DNA of 53,028 nucleotides from a virus (IMGVR_UViG_3300030380_002089:1-53028), one strand, 5' to 3'; shown: positions 8,025 to 17,048, counted from the first letter of the stretch. Notes: generated by a model not told the origin, from the sequence alone. Made by a program: numbers and translations.

Positions 8025-9084
8025 TTCGGCATGGTCGTTATTACAAAACGACGACAAGATTGAGAAGGTTCTTCCACTTATTCCCTTAGCAATCGGTGCA
8101 GGTTTTGGTGCTGCTGGTGCTTTTAGTGGCGCTGGTGGTAGATTCATTAATCCAGAAACTGGTGAAGTTGACCCCGGATTTTATGCAGACCCTAAGTATC
8201 AAGACCCTTTGACTGGTGGACTTATTGCTGAGGGAGAGGTTGGTGATACTCCTTTTAGTACAGGTAATACTAACCAAGACAGGTTTTTGGGCGGTGCTGT
8301 AGGTGCACTTCAAGCATTCAATCCTATAGGTATGGCGGGCAGAGCGCTTAAACCTGCTTCAAGAGGGGCTAAAGCACTTCGGGCTGGTAAATCCAAACCT
8401 ACTATCACTCAAGTTTCACCGGGTGTAACCGATACCACCTTTTCTAGGAGGCAAGTTCTTAATAATGCTGTTAGAGAAAGAGCAGCAAGAGGACTAGAAG
8501 GTGCAGGTAGATTAGGACAAAAGGGCCTAAATGTAGCAGGTAGAGGTGCACAATTTGCAGGTTTTGCTCAAGAACAAGGTCTCGGTGACTTAGCAGCAGG
8601 TCTTGCTGGTGGTTATGCTATGGGCCAATTACCACAACCTGCTACAGGTTTTGCATCACAAATGGGGTCAGCAGGTGCTGCCCCGTCACAACAAACTCCA
8701 GTCAGCGGAAACGCAGACCCGTATGCTTTGAGGGAAATATATAACCCACAGGCGGGTAGTGCGTTTGAAACTCAACAAGAGTTTGGCGGGCTTGGATTAC
8801 AGAAAGGTGATAATATGTTTAAACAAAACATTGGAGAAGAATTGTTGAATGAAGTGGCTTATAGACTTCATAAAGCACATTGTATGACGGAACAAAAAGC
8901 AGACTGTCCAAAAGGCTGCAAAGGTTGTCCTAATTGTGATGGTGACGATAAGAAGAAAGCCGATAGCAAAAAGAAACCTGCTCATGGCATGGTTATTGTT
9001 ATCGGTTCAAAAGCCGGTCCGGGTCCATCTACTGATGGCAAAAGAGACAAACTCGACTCTGATAAGGACAAGAAAGAAGAGTGA
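8002..9084 (+). CDS. Gly/Ala-rich protein with a degenerate tag and a C-terminal Cys-rich segment
   Basis: Starts MSSSSPIDSAWSLLQ. Hydrophobic LIPLAIGAGFGAAGAF; CPKGCKGCPNC near the C-terminus. Confidence 0.75.
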   Translation: MSSSSPIDSAWSLLQNDDKIEKVLPLIPLAIGAGFGAAGAFSGAGGRFINPETGEVDPGFYADPKYQDPLTGGLIAEGEVGDTPFSTGNTNQDRFLGGAVGALQAFNPIGMAGRALKPASRGAKALRAGKSKPTITQVSPGVTDTTFSRRQVLNNAVRERAARGLEGAGRLGQKGLNVAGRGAQFAGFAQEQGLGDLAAGLAGGYAMGQLPQPATGFASQMGSAGAAPSQQTPVSGNADPYALREIYNPQAGSAFETQQEFGGLGLQKGDNMFKQNIGEELLNEVAYRLHKAHCMTEQKADCPKGCKGCPNCDGDDKKKADSKKKPAHGMVIVIGSKAGPGPSTDGKRDKLDSDKDKKEE

Positions 9085-9098
9085 TTACGCCTTCGGAT

Positions 9099-9145
9099 AG
9101 TTCGGGTCGGAGGGGGCAATCCCTCTCGCAATCTCCGACCCAACT
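9099..9145. promoter_or_regulatory. GC-rich stem-loop with an anti-RBS segment (terminator, translational switch or sRNA)
   Basis: GGGTCGGAG (9104-9112) pairs with CTCCGACCC (9133-9141). The loop segment CCCTCTCGC (9121-9129) is the exact complement of GCGAGAGGG (9208-9216), the SD region of the 9223 gene. Confidence 0.55.
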
Positions 9146-9222
9146 CAATTTAGTTATACTTAAACTAATATGGTAGCCTTTTATTTAGGGTAAAGTCTTG
9201 GATTGGAGCGAGAGGGGCTAAT

Positions 9223-9789
9223 GTGCAAGCAGGTATAGAATCTAATCGTGAACACGACCAAGCAGAAATAAGATTGATGGGACTGATACTTACACAGGCA
9301 GTTTCAATAGGAATTGCAGTGGGTATTTTTGACGCTGAACTATGGATTGATTTAGACGACCCTACAGTAAATGGAGTGACATATGCTATGGCTGCATTTG
9401 CTGTTCAAGGTTTGGCTTATTATTTATTCAAAATGTTCTTTCAACAAGGTATGGATGAGAGAGCAAGAATGGCCTCTCAAGAAAGGGAGCGTCGAAATAG
9501 ATACAGGTCTATGGAATTTACATTCGATAGGCGCAGACAAGACATGGAAATGCGTATGCAAGAAGCGCAGTTAGAGGCTGAACTCAAATGGATGGAAGAA
9601 AACCCCGGCCAAACTCCTCCTTGGATAGAAGCAAGGATGTATGGGGACAGTTTGGGTACTGCTGATTTTGTTCCAGAAGTTACAAAGACTACTAATCCTT
9701 TGACATTAGGTGTCGATTTTACAGAAGAAAAGCAAAAAAAGTCTGGCAAGATTAGAGGGGCAGATGGTAAATTTAAGAAAAAGGAGTGA
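9223..9789 (+). CDS. Membrane protein with two TM helices and a coiled coil
   Basis: Hydrophobic LMGLILTQAVSIGIAVGIF and VTYAMAAFAVQGLAYYLFKMFF, followed by a charged helical region. GTG start with GAGGGG SD. Confidence 0.75.
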   Translation: MQAGIESNREHDQAEIRLMGLILTQAVSIGIAVGIFDAELWIDLDDPTVNGVTYAMAAFAVQGLAYYLFKMFFQQGMDERARMASQERERRNRYRSMEFTFDRRRQDMEMRMQEAQLEAELKWMEENPGQTPPWIEARMYGDSLGTADFVPEVTKTTNPLTLGVDFTEEKQKKSGKIRGADGKFKKKE

Positions 9790-9795
9790 TAACTC

Positions 9796-10044
9796 TTGGG
9801 CCGCATCTTCAAAACTCCTAGCGATGATGCTGTGGAAGAAACTTTGAGGAGCATGCATATAGCAAATACAGTAGATGTTGCTTATGAAAGAGGCATGGGT
9901 TGGGTTAAAGTAGTGTTATTTTCTACAATAACTGCTTTTACTATCAGTGCTTTTGAATATTATAGTGATTGGAATCTGTGGCAATCTACTGGTAACTGGT
10001 TGAAAGAGTGGTTACAAAATCGAGCAGATTCTATATTCGATTAG
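9796..10044 (+). CDS. Small single-pass membrane protein
   Basis: Hydrophobic WVKVVLFSTITAFTISAF. GGAGTGA SD and TTG start. Confidence 0.7.
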   Translation: MGRIFKTPSDDAVEETLRSMHIANTVDVAYERGMGWVKVVLFSTITAFTISAFEYYSDWNLWQSTGNWLKEWLQNRADSIFD

Positions 10045-10052
10045 GTGAAGTT

Positions 10053-10772
10053 ATGTCAGCATTAGGTGGTTCTGCTCTCGTCGGAGGAGTGGTATTTGCT
10101 AAGGAATTGTGGCATTATTGGAAACCTAGGAGAGTTGGAGTCTATGGACCTACTATGGTTGGTAAGACTACATTAGACCGCTATATGACTACACCGGGTG
10201 AAATGGAAGAAATACCGATTAGTGAAAGGACAAAGCATTTCAAAGTACCGGGAATTAATAGATTTCTCTTACCTCGACCAAGCAGAAAACGAGTCACCTA
10301 CAAGGGTGATACTAGAGTAGTTTATTCTTCTGATATAGGAGGAGAGGAAAGGTTTTGGAATTTATGGTTAGATGATTTAGTTAATCGCCAAGTAGAGGCA
10401 GTAGTTTTTTTAATAGACCACCGTAGTAGCAAGGGCGGTGATGAAGCAGTGCAAGCGGTTGGTGGTTTCAAATACTTAGTCGACGCTATACTTCACAGGC
10501 AGTATCGTTATCGTAATCTAAGGTCTTGGTGGCGTGGTAAAAAATATTCACCTAAATTAATTATGTTAGTTGCTAATAAAGCCGACCAATGGTGGGATGA
10601 ACAGGCGAATATACTTTGGCAACAACAAAGATTGGGAGAGCATAAGATATTTGACCCATTTAGAGAAGATTTGGTTAGGCTTCAAAAAGCAGGTGTACCT
10701 ACTAAAAGAGGTATGATGGCTACTAAAATAGGATGGAATGTAGAAAATACAATGTTAGATTTACTTACTTAG
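10053..10772 (+). CDS. Ras-superfamily (Arf/Rab-like) small GTPase
   Basis: G1 GPTMVGKTT, G3 DIGGEERFWNLW, G4 VANKAD, G5-like MATKIG, and a hydrophobic N-terminal segment. Start at ATG 10053 after AGGTGA. Confidence 0.85.
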   Translation: MSALGGSALVGGVVFAKELWHYWKPRRVGVYGPTMVGKTTLDRYMTTPGEMEEIPISERTKHFKVPGINRFLLPRPSRKRVTYKGDTRVVYSSDIGGEERFWNLWLDDLVNRQVEAVVFLIDHRSSKGGDEAVQAVGGFKYLVDAILHRQYRYRNLRSWWRGKKYSPKLIMLVANKADQWWDEQANILWQQQRLGEHKIFDPFREDLVRLQKAGVPTKRGMMATKIGWNVENTMLDLLT

Positions 10773-10780
10773 GTGATAAA

Positions 10781-11806
10781 ATGAATAATTGGGGATTTGG
10801 AGGATATGGAAGAGTGCCACAAGGCGATGCGAACTTAGCAAACATGAGTCAGGCTCACTTGATAGCCTTAAGTCAGCAGGGTAATGCTAGTCACGAACAA
10901 TTACTTGAAATACAGGCTGCTCAGCAAGGTATGAAACAGGTTGCTGAGAAGCAAAATATAGAAGTCCCAAAGGTCAATTTTTATCCAAGTAGGCATCCTG
11001 ACCCAAGAAAGGCAAGAAAGCAAGACATTAAACAGGCTCGTAAATTACTTACTCCTACCAAAAGAAGCCTACTTAATCCTTTGAGATGGATTTGGGGTAT
11101 GAAATATAGATACAATCGTCAAAGTAACTTATGCGTTATTGACGGTTGTGATTGTGAAGAACTGATTAAGTATGACAATCTTTATGCAAAAATAACAGAT
11201 GAAGAATCTGGACAGAGCCTTTGGGACCTTTATTGGAGAAACCCCGTAACGCAAACACCAGAGCCATTTGTTGCTAGAGAAAATGTAACTGATGGTCGAA
11301 AAATGAAAGGTACTTACTGCCCTGAGCATTTACATCTTTATCATTTACTTTGTAAATGGGAATTGGAAGCCGATAAAGACCACAATAAAACAAAGACTGG
11401 TATGAAAGAAATGGTTAAGAAAGGAGTTTCTACAATCGCAGTGCCAATATCTATAGTTAAGAAGAAAGACAATACCCCTGAATTTTTGAAAAAGTATGAG
11501 CCTTTCTTTATGGAACTTGAAAAAGACTCCAAGACACAATCTGGAATAAACTTAATTCATTATAAAAATCCAGAAACAGGGATTAATGATATTACTGCTA
11601 TATATTTTGATTTGAGATTGTTTCAAAAAGAAATATTAGCGACTAATCCACAACTTAGTGACGCTATTTCTAACTTAGGGATTACACAAAATCTTACTCC
11701 AAGCGCTGGAGGCTCGCTTGGAATGGCTATGAATAGTACGACCAATGGTGTTATCAATCAAAACACCTTGGAGCAAACAGAACAGATGAGCCTTCCTCAA
11801 CAATAG
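10781..11806 (+). CDS. Hypothetical protein with a probable Zn-binding site
   Basis: CVIDGCDC ... YCPEH. Start at ATG 10781 after AGGTGA. Confidence 0.75.
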   Translation: MNNWGFGGYGRVPQGDANLANMSQAHLIALSQQGNASHEQLLEIQAAQQGMKQVAEKQNIEVPKVNFYPSRHPDPRKARKQDIKQARKLLTPTKRSLLNPLRWIWGMKYRYNRQSNLCVIDGCDCEELIKYDNLYAKITDEESGQSLWDLYWRNPVTQTPEPFVARENVTDGRKMKGTYCPEHLHLYHLLCKWELEADKDHNKTKTGMKEMVKKGVSTIAVPISIVKKKDNTPEFLKKYEPFFMELEKDSKTQSGINLIHYKNPETGINDITAIYFDLRLFQKEILATNPQLSDAISNLGITQNLTPSAGGSLGMAMNSTTNGVINQNTLEQTEQMSLPQQ

Positions 11807-11814
11807 GTGATACA

Positions 11815-12456
11815 ATGGGAATATTTGGAAACAATCAACAACAGAATACTGGAACTTTGAATTTAGGCGTAGGTCAGCCCGGTCAAATGCCTGTTCAAAG
11901 CCAAAATCCTTTTGCTCCTCAGAACGGAATGATGCAACAAATGAGTCAAAATCCTTTCATGGCAGGTATGGTAGGTGGCACAGGCATGCAACAAGGTATG
12001 ATGGGTCAACCTATGGTACCTCCAAGCGAAACTGATATACTATTGGCTTTGATGAAAAGCCTAGCCCCTGCTGACCGATTTATTGTCGGTGCTCAAATGC
12101 AAACTCTTTTACAATTACTTAATGATTTAGTTAGTTTTTCAGTGCTAGAGATATTAAAGAACGCTAAATTTACAATAGATGAAGAAGATAGCACTATGCA
12201 AATGGATGTAACTAGTTTACCTCAAAATCTTCAAACAATGAGTGGTGAAAATGTGGCTAATCAATTCAATGCGCTAAAAATGTCAAGTCAGCAAAATATA
12301 CAAAACGCTGAAATGCAACAGCAGCAAATAGCAGCGATGGCTCAACAATCTATGATGGGGGGTGCCTTGAGTGCCGCTTTACAAGATGAAGGTTTTATGA
12401 ATAAAGCGGGTACTGCTGCCGGTAGTTTCATGGGCAGAATGATGGGGATGAGATAA
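11815..12456 (+). CDS. Q/M/G-rich hypothetical protein
   Basis: AGGTGA SD. Low-complexity ends flank a helical core. Confidence 0.75.
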   Translation: MGIFGNNQQQNTGTLNLGVGQPGQMPVQSQNPFAPQNGMMQQMSQNPFMAGMVGGTGMQQGMMGQPMVPPSETDILLALMKSLAPADRFIVGAQMQTLLQLLNDLVSFSVLEILKNAKFTIDEEDSTMQMDVTSLPQNLQTMSGENVANQFNALKMSSQQNIQNAEMQQQQIAAMAQQSMMGGALSAALQDEGFMNKAGTAAGSFMGRMMGMR

Positions 12457-12698
12457 TGATAGAAAATAATCCAATGATAGGTTTTTCTTCGACAGCAATG
12501 GGAATATTTGCACCAGTAAAAAGAGTCATAGTCGATATGGTAATGGTTCAACTATTAGCAATCATAGTTACATTAGGGTTGATACTAGTTACAGGTGCCG
12601 ATAATTTGAGTAGTGATACTATGGCATATCTTGTAGCAGGTTTATTCGCTGCTTTCTTTATGCTCGGCGGAATCTACAGTAGAATATCGAGTATCTAG
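12456..12698 (+). CDS. Small two-TM membrane protein
   Basis: VIVDMVMVQLLAIIVTLGLILVTG and MAYLVAGLFAAFFMLGGIY; translationally coupled (TAATG). Confidence 0.75.
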   Translation: MIENNPMIGFSSTAMGIFAPVKRVIVDMVMVQLLAIIVTLGLILVTGADNLSSDTMAYLVAGLFAAFFMLGGIYSRISSI

Positions 12699-12965
12699 TT
12701 CTACATGCCTACCCCACTTTTTCAACGGACATTCGCTTGAACTTAGGCTCGTTTTGACTCTCATCTGACATCCGCATTCTGTGCATCTGTTACTAGTATG
12801 CTCCCAACTAGGACAAACCATACATATGTCCATTCTTATTTGCTTTACATCTTTTGGTACATATCTTCTCATAAATATGTCTCTTCCGGCTCTCGTTAGA
12901 CTTTTTGCTGTCTCTATAGAAACAGGAACTCCCATGATTTTAGGCTTAATTCTTGGCAGTTTCAT
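12642..12965 (-). CDS. Cys-rich protein (CxxC...CxxCGC...CPxxKW; DUF6171-like from memory)
   Basis: RMDICMVCP...RCTECGCQMRVK...ECPLKKW. Start re-assigned to ATG 12965, with a TTTTGAA box about 29 nt upstream on the minus strand. The only credible minus-strand gene. Confidence 0.75.
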   Translation of the reverse strand: MKLPRIKPKIMGVPVSIETAKSLTRAGRDIFMRRYVPKDVKQIRMDICMVCPSWEHTSNRCTECGCQMRVKTSLSSSECPLKKWGRHVELDTRYSTVDSAEHKESSE

Positions 12966-13025
12966 ATAACTATGCTGGCACTTCTTGTTCAAAAGGGTTA
13001 TCCGTGTTAATGACATGGGCTGCAC

Positions 13026-13721
13026 ATGGCGGGTGAGCGACAGACTAAGCGCTCATGTCCTTTCTGTCAACACGAAGATAGAGATACCCTAGAACAAAAC
13101 ATCATTGACGGTATCTCTGAGCCTAAGATTTTAGACAAAGATATGGGTTGGAGAGCCAACACTGCTGAGCGACATATGAAAAATCACGCAGGTGAATATC
13201 ACAAAGGTGCAAATCATTCCTGTGTAGTTTGCACGAGTGACGATAGAAGCGCTTTGGAAGTTGCATACTTTGAAGGTGACCGTACCAGTGAAGACATTGC
13301 TACTGAACTAGACTGTAGTGAAGAATTAGTTTACAGACACATGAAACATCACTTTCAACCACTCGTTAAGCGTGGTGCAACCGCTATCGTTTCCGTCAAA
13401 GTAGGGCAAGAAGTAGATATTTTGAGAGGGAATGTAGAAAGTCTCAACGGTAAGTTGGCTCAGTTTATGACAGAAACTAGTATACACGATGATGGGGTAA
13501 TATCTGATATGGTTAAATTACATAAAGAGGTCAGAGAAACTCTCAAAGATTTATCAGCGTATCAGGAAAAATGGGCAGAGCCTACTCAAAATATTGCCAA
13601 CAATACTATCAATGTGCTTAAACTGGAGTTGAGCAAGGAGAGTCCTGATACTTGGAAGCGTATCAAAAAGAATTTACTTGACTCTGATAATGTTGAACAA
13701 GATATAATGGATTTACTGTGA
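13026..13721 (+). CDS. Tandem CxxC...RHxxxH zinc-finger/HTH protein; candidate terminase small subunit
   Basis: Two repeats (CPFCQH..RHMKNH and CVVCTS..RHMKHH) plus a C-terminal coiled coil. It heads the operon leading to the large terminase. Confidence 0.5.
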   Translation: MAGERQTKRSCPFCQHEDRDTLEQNIIDGISEPKILDKDMGWRANTAERHMKNHAGEYHKGANHSCVVCTSDDRSALEVAYFEGDRTSEDIATELDCSEELVYRHMKHHFQPLVKRGATAIVSVKVGQEVDILRGNVESLNGKLAQFMTETSIHDDGVISDMVKLHKEVRETLKDLSAYQEKWAEPTQNIANNTINVLKLELSKESPDTWKRIKKNLLDSDNVEQDIMDLL

Positions 13722-13731
13722 GGAGATATAC

Positions 13732-14853
13732 ATGCCAATGATTACAGGTTCTGACACAAGGATGTACAATCCTAGAAGTGAATCTATGCTTGGTTATTCT
13801 AAAGACGATGATTATCGTTACGGAATAGGTGACCCTAAATCGATGGAAGAGTATCGTGATAAAAAGCAGTCTGAAAAAGAAGCCGAACCTAAATCAGATG
13901 ATTTACCACACTTGCAGATAGAAGTTCCAAAACCTACTCCAAAGATGCCTCCAGTGATGCCGGAAGAAGAGGAGCCTGAAATGAGCGACCAATTTAATGA
14001 AGGTCAGCAGTTCGGTGCTATGACAGGAATGCCTGACATGGGTAATTTGAGTATAGGGAATGCTACAGGAACTATGCCTCAGCCCGGTGGTACACTAATG
14101 ACTGGTGAACCAATGGAAGATGCTTGGTCTACTTTGATGAAAAGTCGACTTGACAAAGTAAAGGGTGCCAAAGACCAATCTTGGAAACAACCTCAATACG
14201 AAACTCAACCGGGCGGGGCAGATATTACAACTGCCAATACTCGTCGTGCTAAATTACAATCAAGATATGTTCAACCAAGTAAGAAAAGAGGGCTTGACAG
14301 AGCACCTTTGAGCGTACATCGTTCTCACTTGGGTATCGCTACTAAGCAACCTTTGAGGCTATTTCCTCAAAAATACGGCCAACAAATGGGAAGTATGGCT
14401 CGCCGTAAGTTGATGGGCAACATCCCAACAGCGCCAGCAGGTCACGCAATGGGTCCTGAGACTACATATTCACCAAAGTCTCCTAAAGTGGCATCTGGTG
14501 CTGGGCTTCCTTTGAAAGAACCAAGAGCACCTATGATGAGAGGACAGGCTCTCGCTAAATCAGAACTTGAATTAATTAAGCAAGACCTTGAAGAGTTGAA
14601 GAAAAAAGATGATTACATGCGTTTTGCTCAGATAAGAAGACTTCTAAGACAACTGAAAGATGTTGCTGAGAGACAAGAGCGTAGGCTAAAAGCGAGTGCT
14701 GGACCCGGAGAAGTAAAAGAATCGGGGCATAGAGAGGGACAAGATAGCACTACTCGACCAGAGGGTGCTACAGAAGACATGGAGAATGACCCCAAGAATT
14801 GGGGTGCTCCTTCTACTATATTTGCAGCGAGAGGTAGCGGGAGGGTCGGCTGA
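13732..14853 (+). CDS. Hypothetical P/K-rich protein with an internal tag
   Basis: Internal GEPMEDAWSTLMKS at about 14104-14145. GAGGAG SD. Confidence 0.75.
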   Translation: MPMITGSDTRMYNPRSESMLGYSKDDDYRYGIGDPKSMEEYRDKKQSEKEAEPKSDDLPHLQIEVPKPTPKMPPVMPEEEEPEMSDQFNEGQQFGAMTGMPDMGNLSIGNATGTMPQPGGTLMTGEPMEDAWSTLMKSRLDKVKGAKDQSWKQPQYETQPGGADITTANTRRAKLQSRYVQPSKKRGLDRAPLSVHRSHLGIATKQPLRLFPQKYGQQMGSMARRKLMGNIPTAPAGHAMGPETTYSPKSPKVASGAGLPLKEPRAPMMRGQALAKSELELIKQDLEELKKKDDYMRFAQIRRLLRQLKDVAERQERRLKASAGPGEVKESGHREGQDSTTRPEGATEDMENDPKNWGAPSTIFAARGSGRVG

Positions 14854-17048
14854 TGTTCAAAGTCCACTTGCCTTCTAAAACTTACATCCGTAAAACTTTA
14901 CCAAGTGTTAGTTTAAAGCGCATGCTATCCTTTGTCAATCCAACTTTACAAAAGTCTGCATCTATGATGTATACTCATCGAGATTTGTACGACAAAGAGT
15001 GGAATTGGAATCCTAGTGATGAAGGACTCAGCGACGACCACGATACTCACGACCACCCTCCATGGAATCATAATCCAGATGGTAGCCTTAGATATAAAGA
15101 AGGTCCAGATGGTAAAGTAATGGTTGGTGAAGATGGTAAACCTATTCCAGAAGGGATGCATCCTATCGATTATATTCATTATGATTTAATTAATACTCAT
15201 AAATTAAATCCTGACGATGCGAAAAACCACATACAAAGTGCTATAGATTTATTTAACAAAAGATTACCTCCTAATTCTAATCACTACTTACCTGACTTTG
15301 ATAGCCCCTTGCATAGGAAAGTTTTTTCTGCACCTCTAGGTAGTTATGACTACCATGCTGATAGTAATGTCCGTAAGACTAGAGGACATGCTAAAGGTGA
15401 TATGCCAGCCCCTCTAGTTACTTATTTTACAAACGATGGTAATGTAAAATTGCCGGGGGCAACTACTGGTACTTGGTTAGATTCGGGCGCTGTCCACTTT
15501 AATAGAGAACTCGGAGAAGTTCTAAGAGGAAACGGTATTAATACTAAAGGTATGAATTATGTTAATCATAATAGATTATTAGCAGGTGACCTTTCTTTTG
15601 GAGTAGTTAGAAGTCAAAATAGACAAGAACACCAAAATATGCTAGAGACTGGGCATTTACCAAAGTATGCAAGGCCAGACCATGTTCAAGATACTATCAA
15701 TCAGGGTAGCCAATATGAAGAAGCACACCCTCACCAAATTTTAGAATTATTCCCTGACAATATGTTTAGGTCGTCTACTAGAAATCAAGGAGGTAGACCT
15801 TCTAAAGACCCTGATAAAAAGAAGGCTTGGCAAAGTTTTGCCGAAGATTTACAAGAAATAGGTATGGGTGACAAGTATAGTGAAGATGAGATAAAGGATA
15901 TTGCTAGTACTCGTGCTATAAGAACTTTGTATGGAGATGTTACTAACTTAAATCAAGGAGAAGAGGGCACTGGCGGTCAGGCTAGTGCTAAAGGGGCAAT
16001 CAACCAATTCATGTCTGCTTTAGGAGTAGACCATCGCCATCCCCATTATAATGCACATTTAGAAAATTTACAATCTAGCAAAGGCTCCAGTAACTTGTTT
16101 CCAAGAGCCAAGCAAACAACTGAAAGGATATTGGCTCGATATAAATCGGCAATTAGTCAAAGAATGGAAGATGGCATGTCGGAAGAAGAGGCCATAGAAG
16201 ATGTTGTCAACACTAGTAGAAACTTTCAGGCTACTGATGGAAAGGGTAATCCTATTTATCATAGGGATTTCAACCCTACCGTTAGAGAGGGTAAAAGAAG
16301 CAGTATAGACCATAGAGATGCGATTATGGAATTTGTTAATGCTAAGGCTGAGCACTATGGTGCTCCGCCATCTTATACATTCGCTAATATACTTGACGAA
16401 GAAGGTAGAAAGGCAACTGAGGATAGATTAGAGCCTATGAAACCTACTTACGCAGCGCATCACGAACCTCCTGAGCATTGGCAGCGTAGGACAGTAATGA
16501 ATCCACAAGATGAATTAGCACCTTCTATTGGTGACTATACTCCCCCTCCTTCAAGATTTGAACAAGTTCCTCCTATGATTGACTTACCTCCTCCTCAGCC
16601 ACAAGTTCCTATGACTCCTTACATGAGGCAACCTAGGCCAGATGAAAGAGCGTTTGCAGACTTGGGCATAGGACCGCATGCTTTTAATCCAACTGCCCCT
16701 ACCACTAGACAAACTATGTTTGACCCATACGCTGAACAGGGTGACCCTTTCCTAGTTAGAACTTCTAATGATGTTATGTCAGGTCTAAGTGATATACTCA
16801 AGAAGATGGAGGAAGTTCAAGTGCTAGATGCTTTACAAGATAACTCTGTTAGAAAACTATTACCTACTAAGAAGGTATCAATTGATTCTTTTTGGGATGT
16901 TCAAAGTGTCGCTAAGAGTTTAGGTATTACTAGTGTTGATGTTCATGGACTGTATCAAAGCACAGGTGATTGGCATAAAGTTGCCGACCAATGGAATGTA
17001 AAGCCTGATGTAGTAAAGGCCGTCAAGGTTGCTTTTGGGGGTATGTAA
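14853..17048 (+). CDS. Large hypothetical protein, possibly internal virion
   Basis: 731-aa ORF coupled to both neighbours. H/D/P-rich; no motif recognised. Confidence 0.75.
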   Translation: MFKVHLPSKTYIRKTLPSVSLKRMLSFVNPTLQKSASMMYTHRDLYDKEWNWNPSDEGLSDDHDTHDHPPWNHNPDGSLRYKEGPDGKVMVGEDGKPIPEGMHPIDYIHYDLINTHKLNPDDAKNHIQSAIDLFNKRLPPNSNHYLPDFDSPLHRKVFSAPLGSYDYHADSNVRKTRGHAKGDMPAPLVTYFTNDGNVKLPGATTGTWLDSGAVHFNRELGEVLRGNGINTKGMNYVNHNRLLAGDLSFGVVRSQNRQEHQNMLETGHLPKYARPDHVQDTINQGSQYEEAHPHQILELFPDNMFRSSTRNQGGRPSKDPDKKKAWQSFAEDLQEIGMGDKYSEDEIKDIASTRAIRTLYGDVTNLNQGEEGTGGQASAKGAINQFMSALGVDHRHPHYNAHLENLQSSKGSSNLFPRAKQTTERILARYKSAISQRMEDGMSEEEAIEDVVNTSRNFQATDGKGNPIYHRDFNPTVREGKRSSIDHRDAIMEFVNAKAEHYGAPPSYTFANILDEEGRKATEDRLEPMKPTYAAHHEPPEHWQRRTVMNPQDELAPSIGDYTPPPSRFEQVPPMIDLPPPQPQVPMTPYMRQPRPDERAFADLGIGPHAFNPTAPTTRQTMFDPYAEQGDPFLVRTSNDVMSGLSDILKKMEEVQVLDALQDNSVRKLLPTKKVSIDSFWDVQSVAKSLGITSVDVHGLYQSTGDWHKVADQWNVKPDVVKAVKVAFGGM

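Noticed and set aside
9090-9097. CUUCGG tetraloop
   Set aside because: The flanking bases do not pair beyond the closing C-G.
12456-12698. Calling the two-TM protein a holin
   Set aside because: The size and topology fit, but there is no endolysin partner or family motif. It is kept as part of the GTPase/membrane module.
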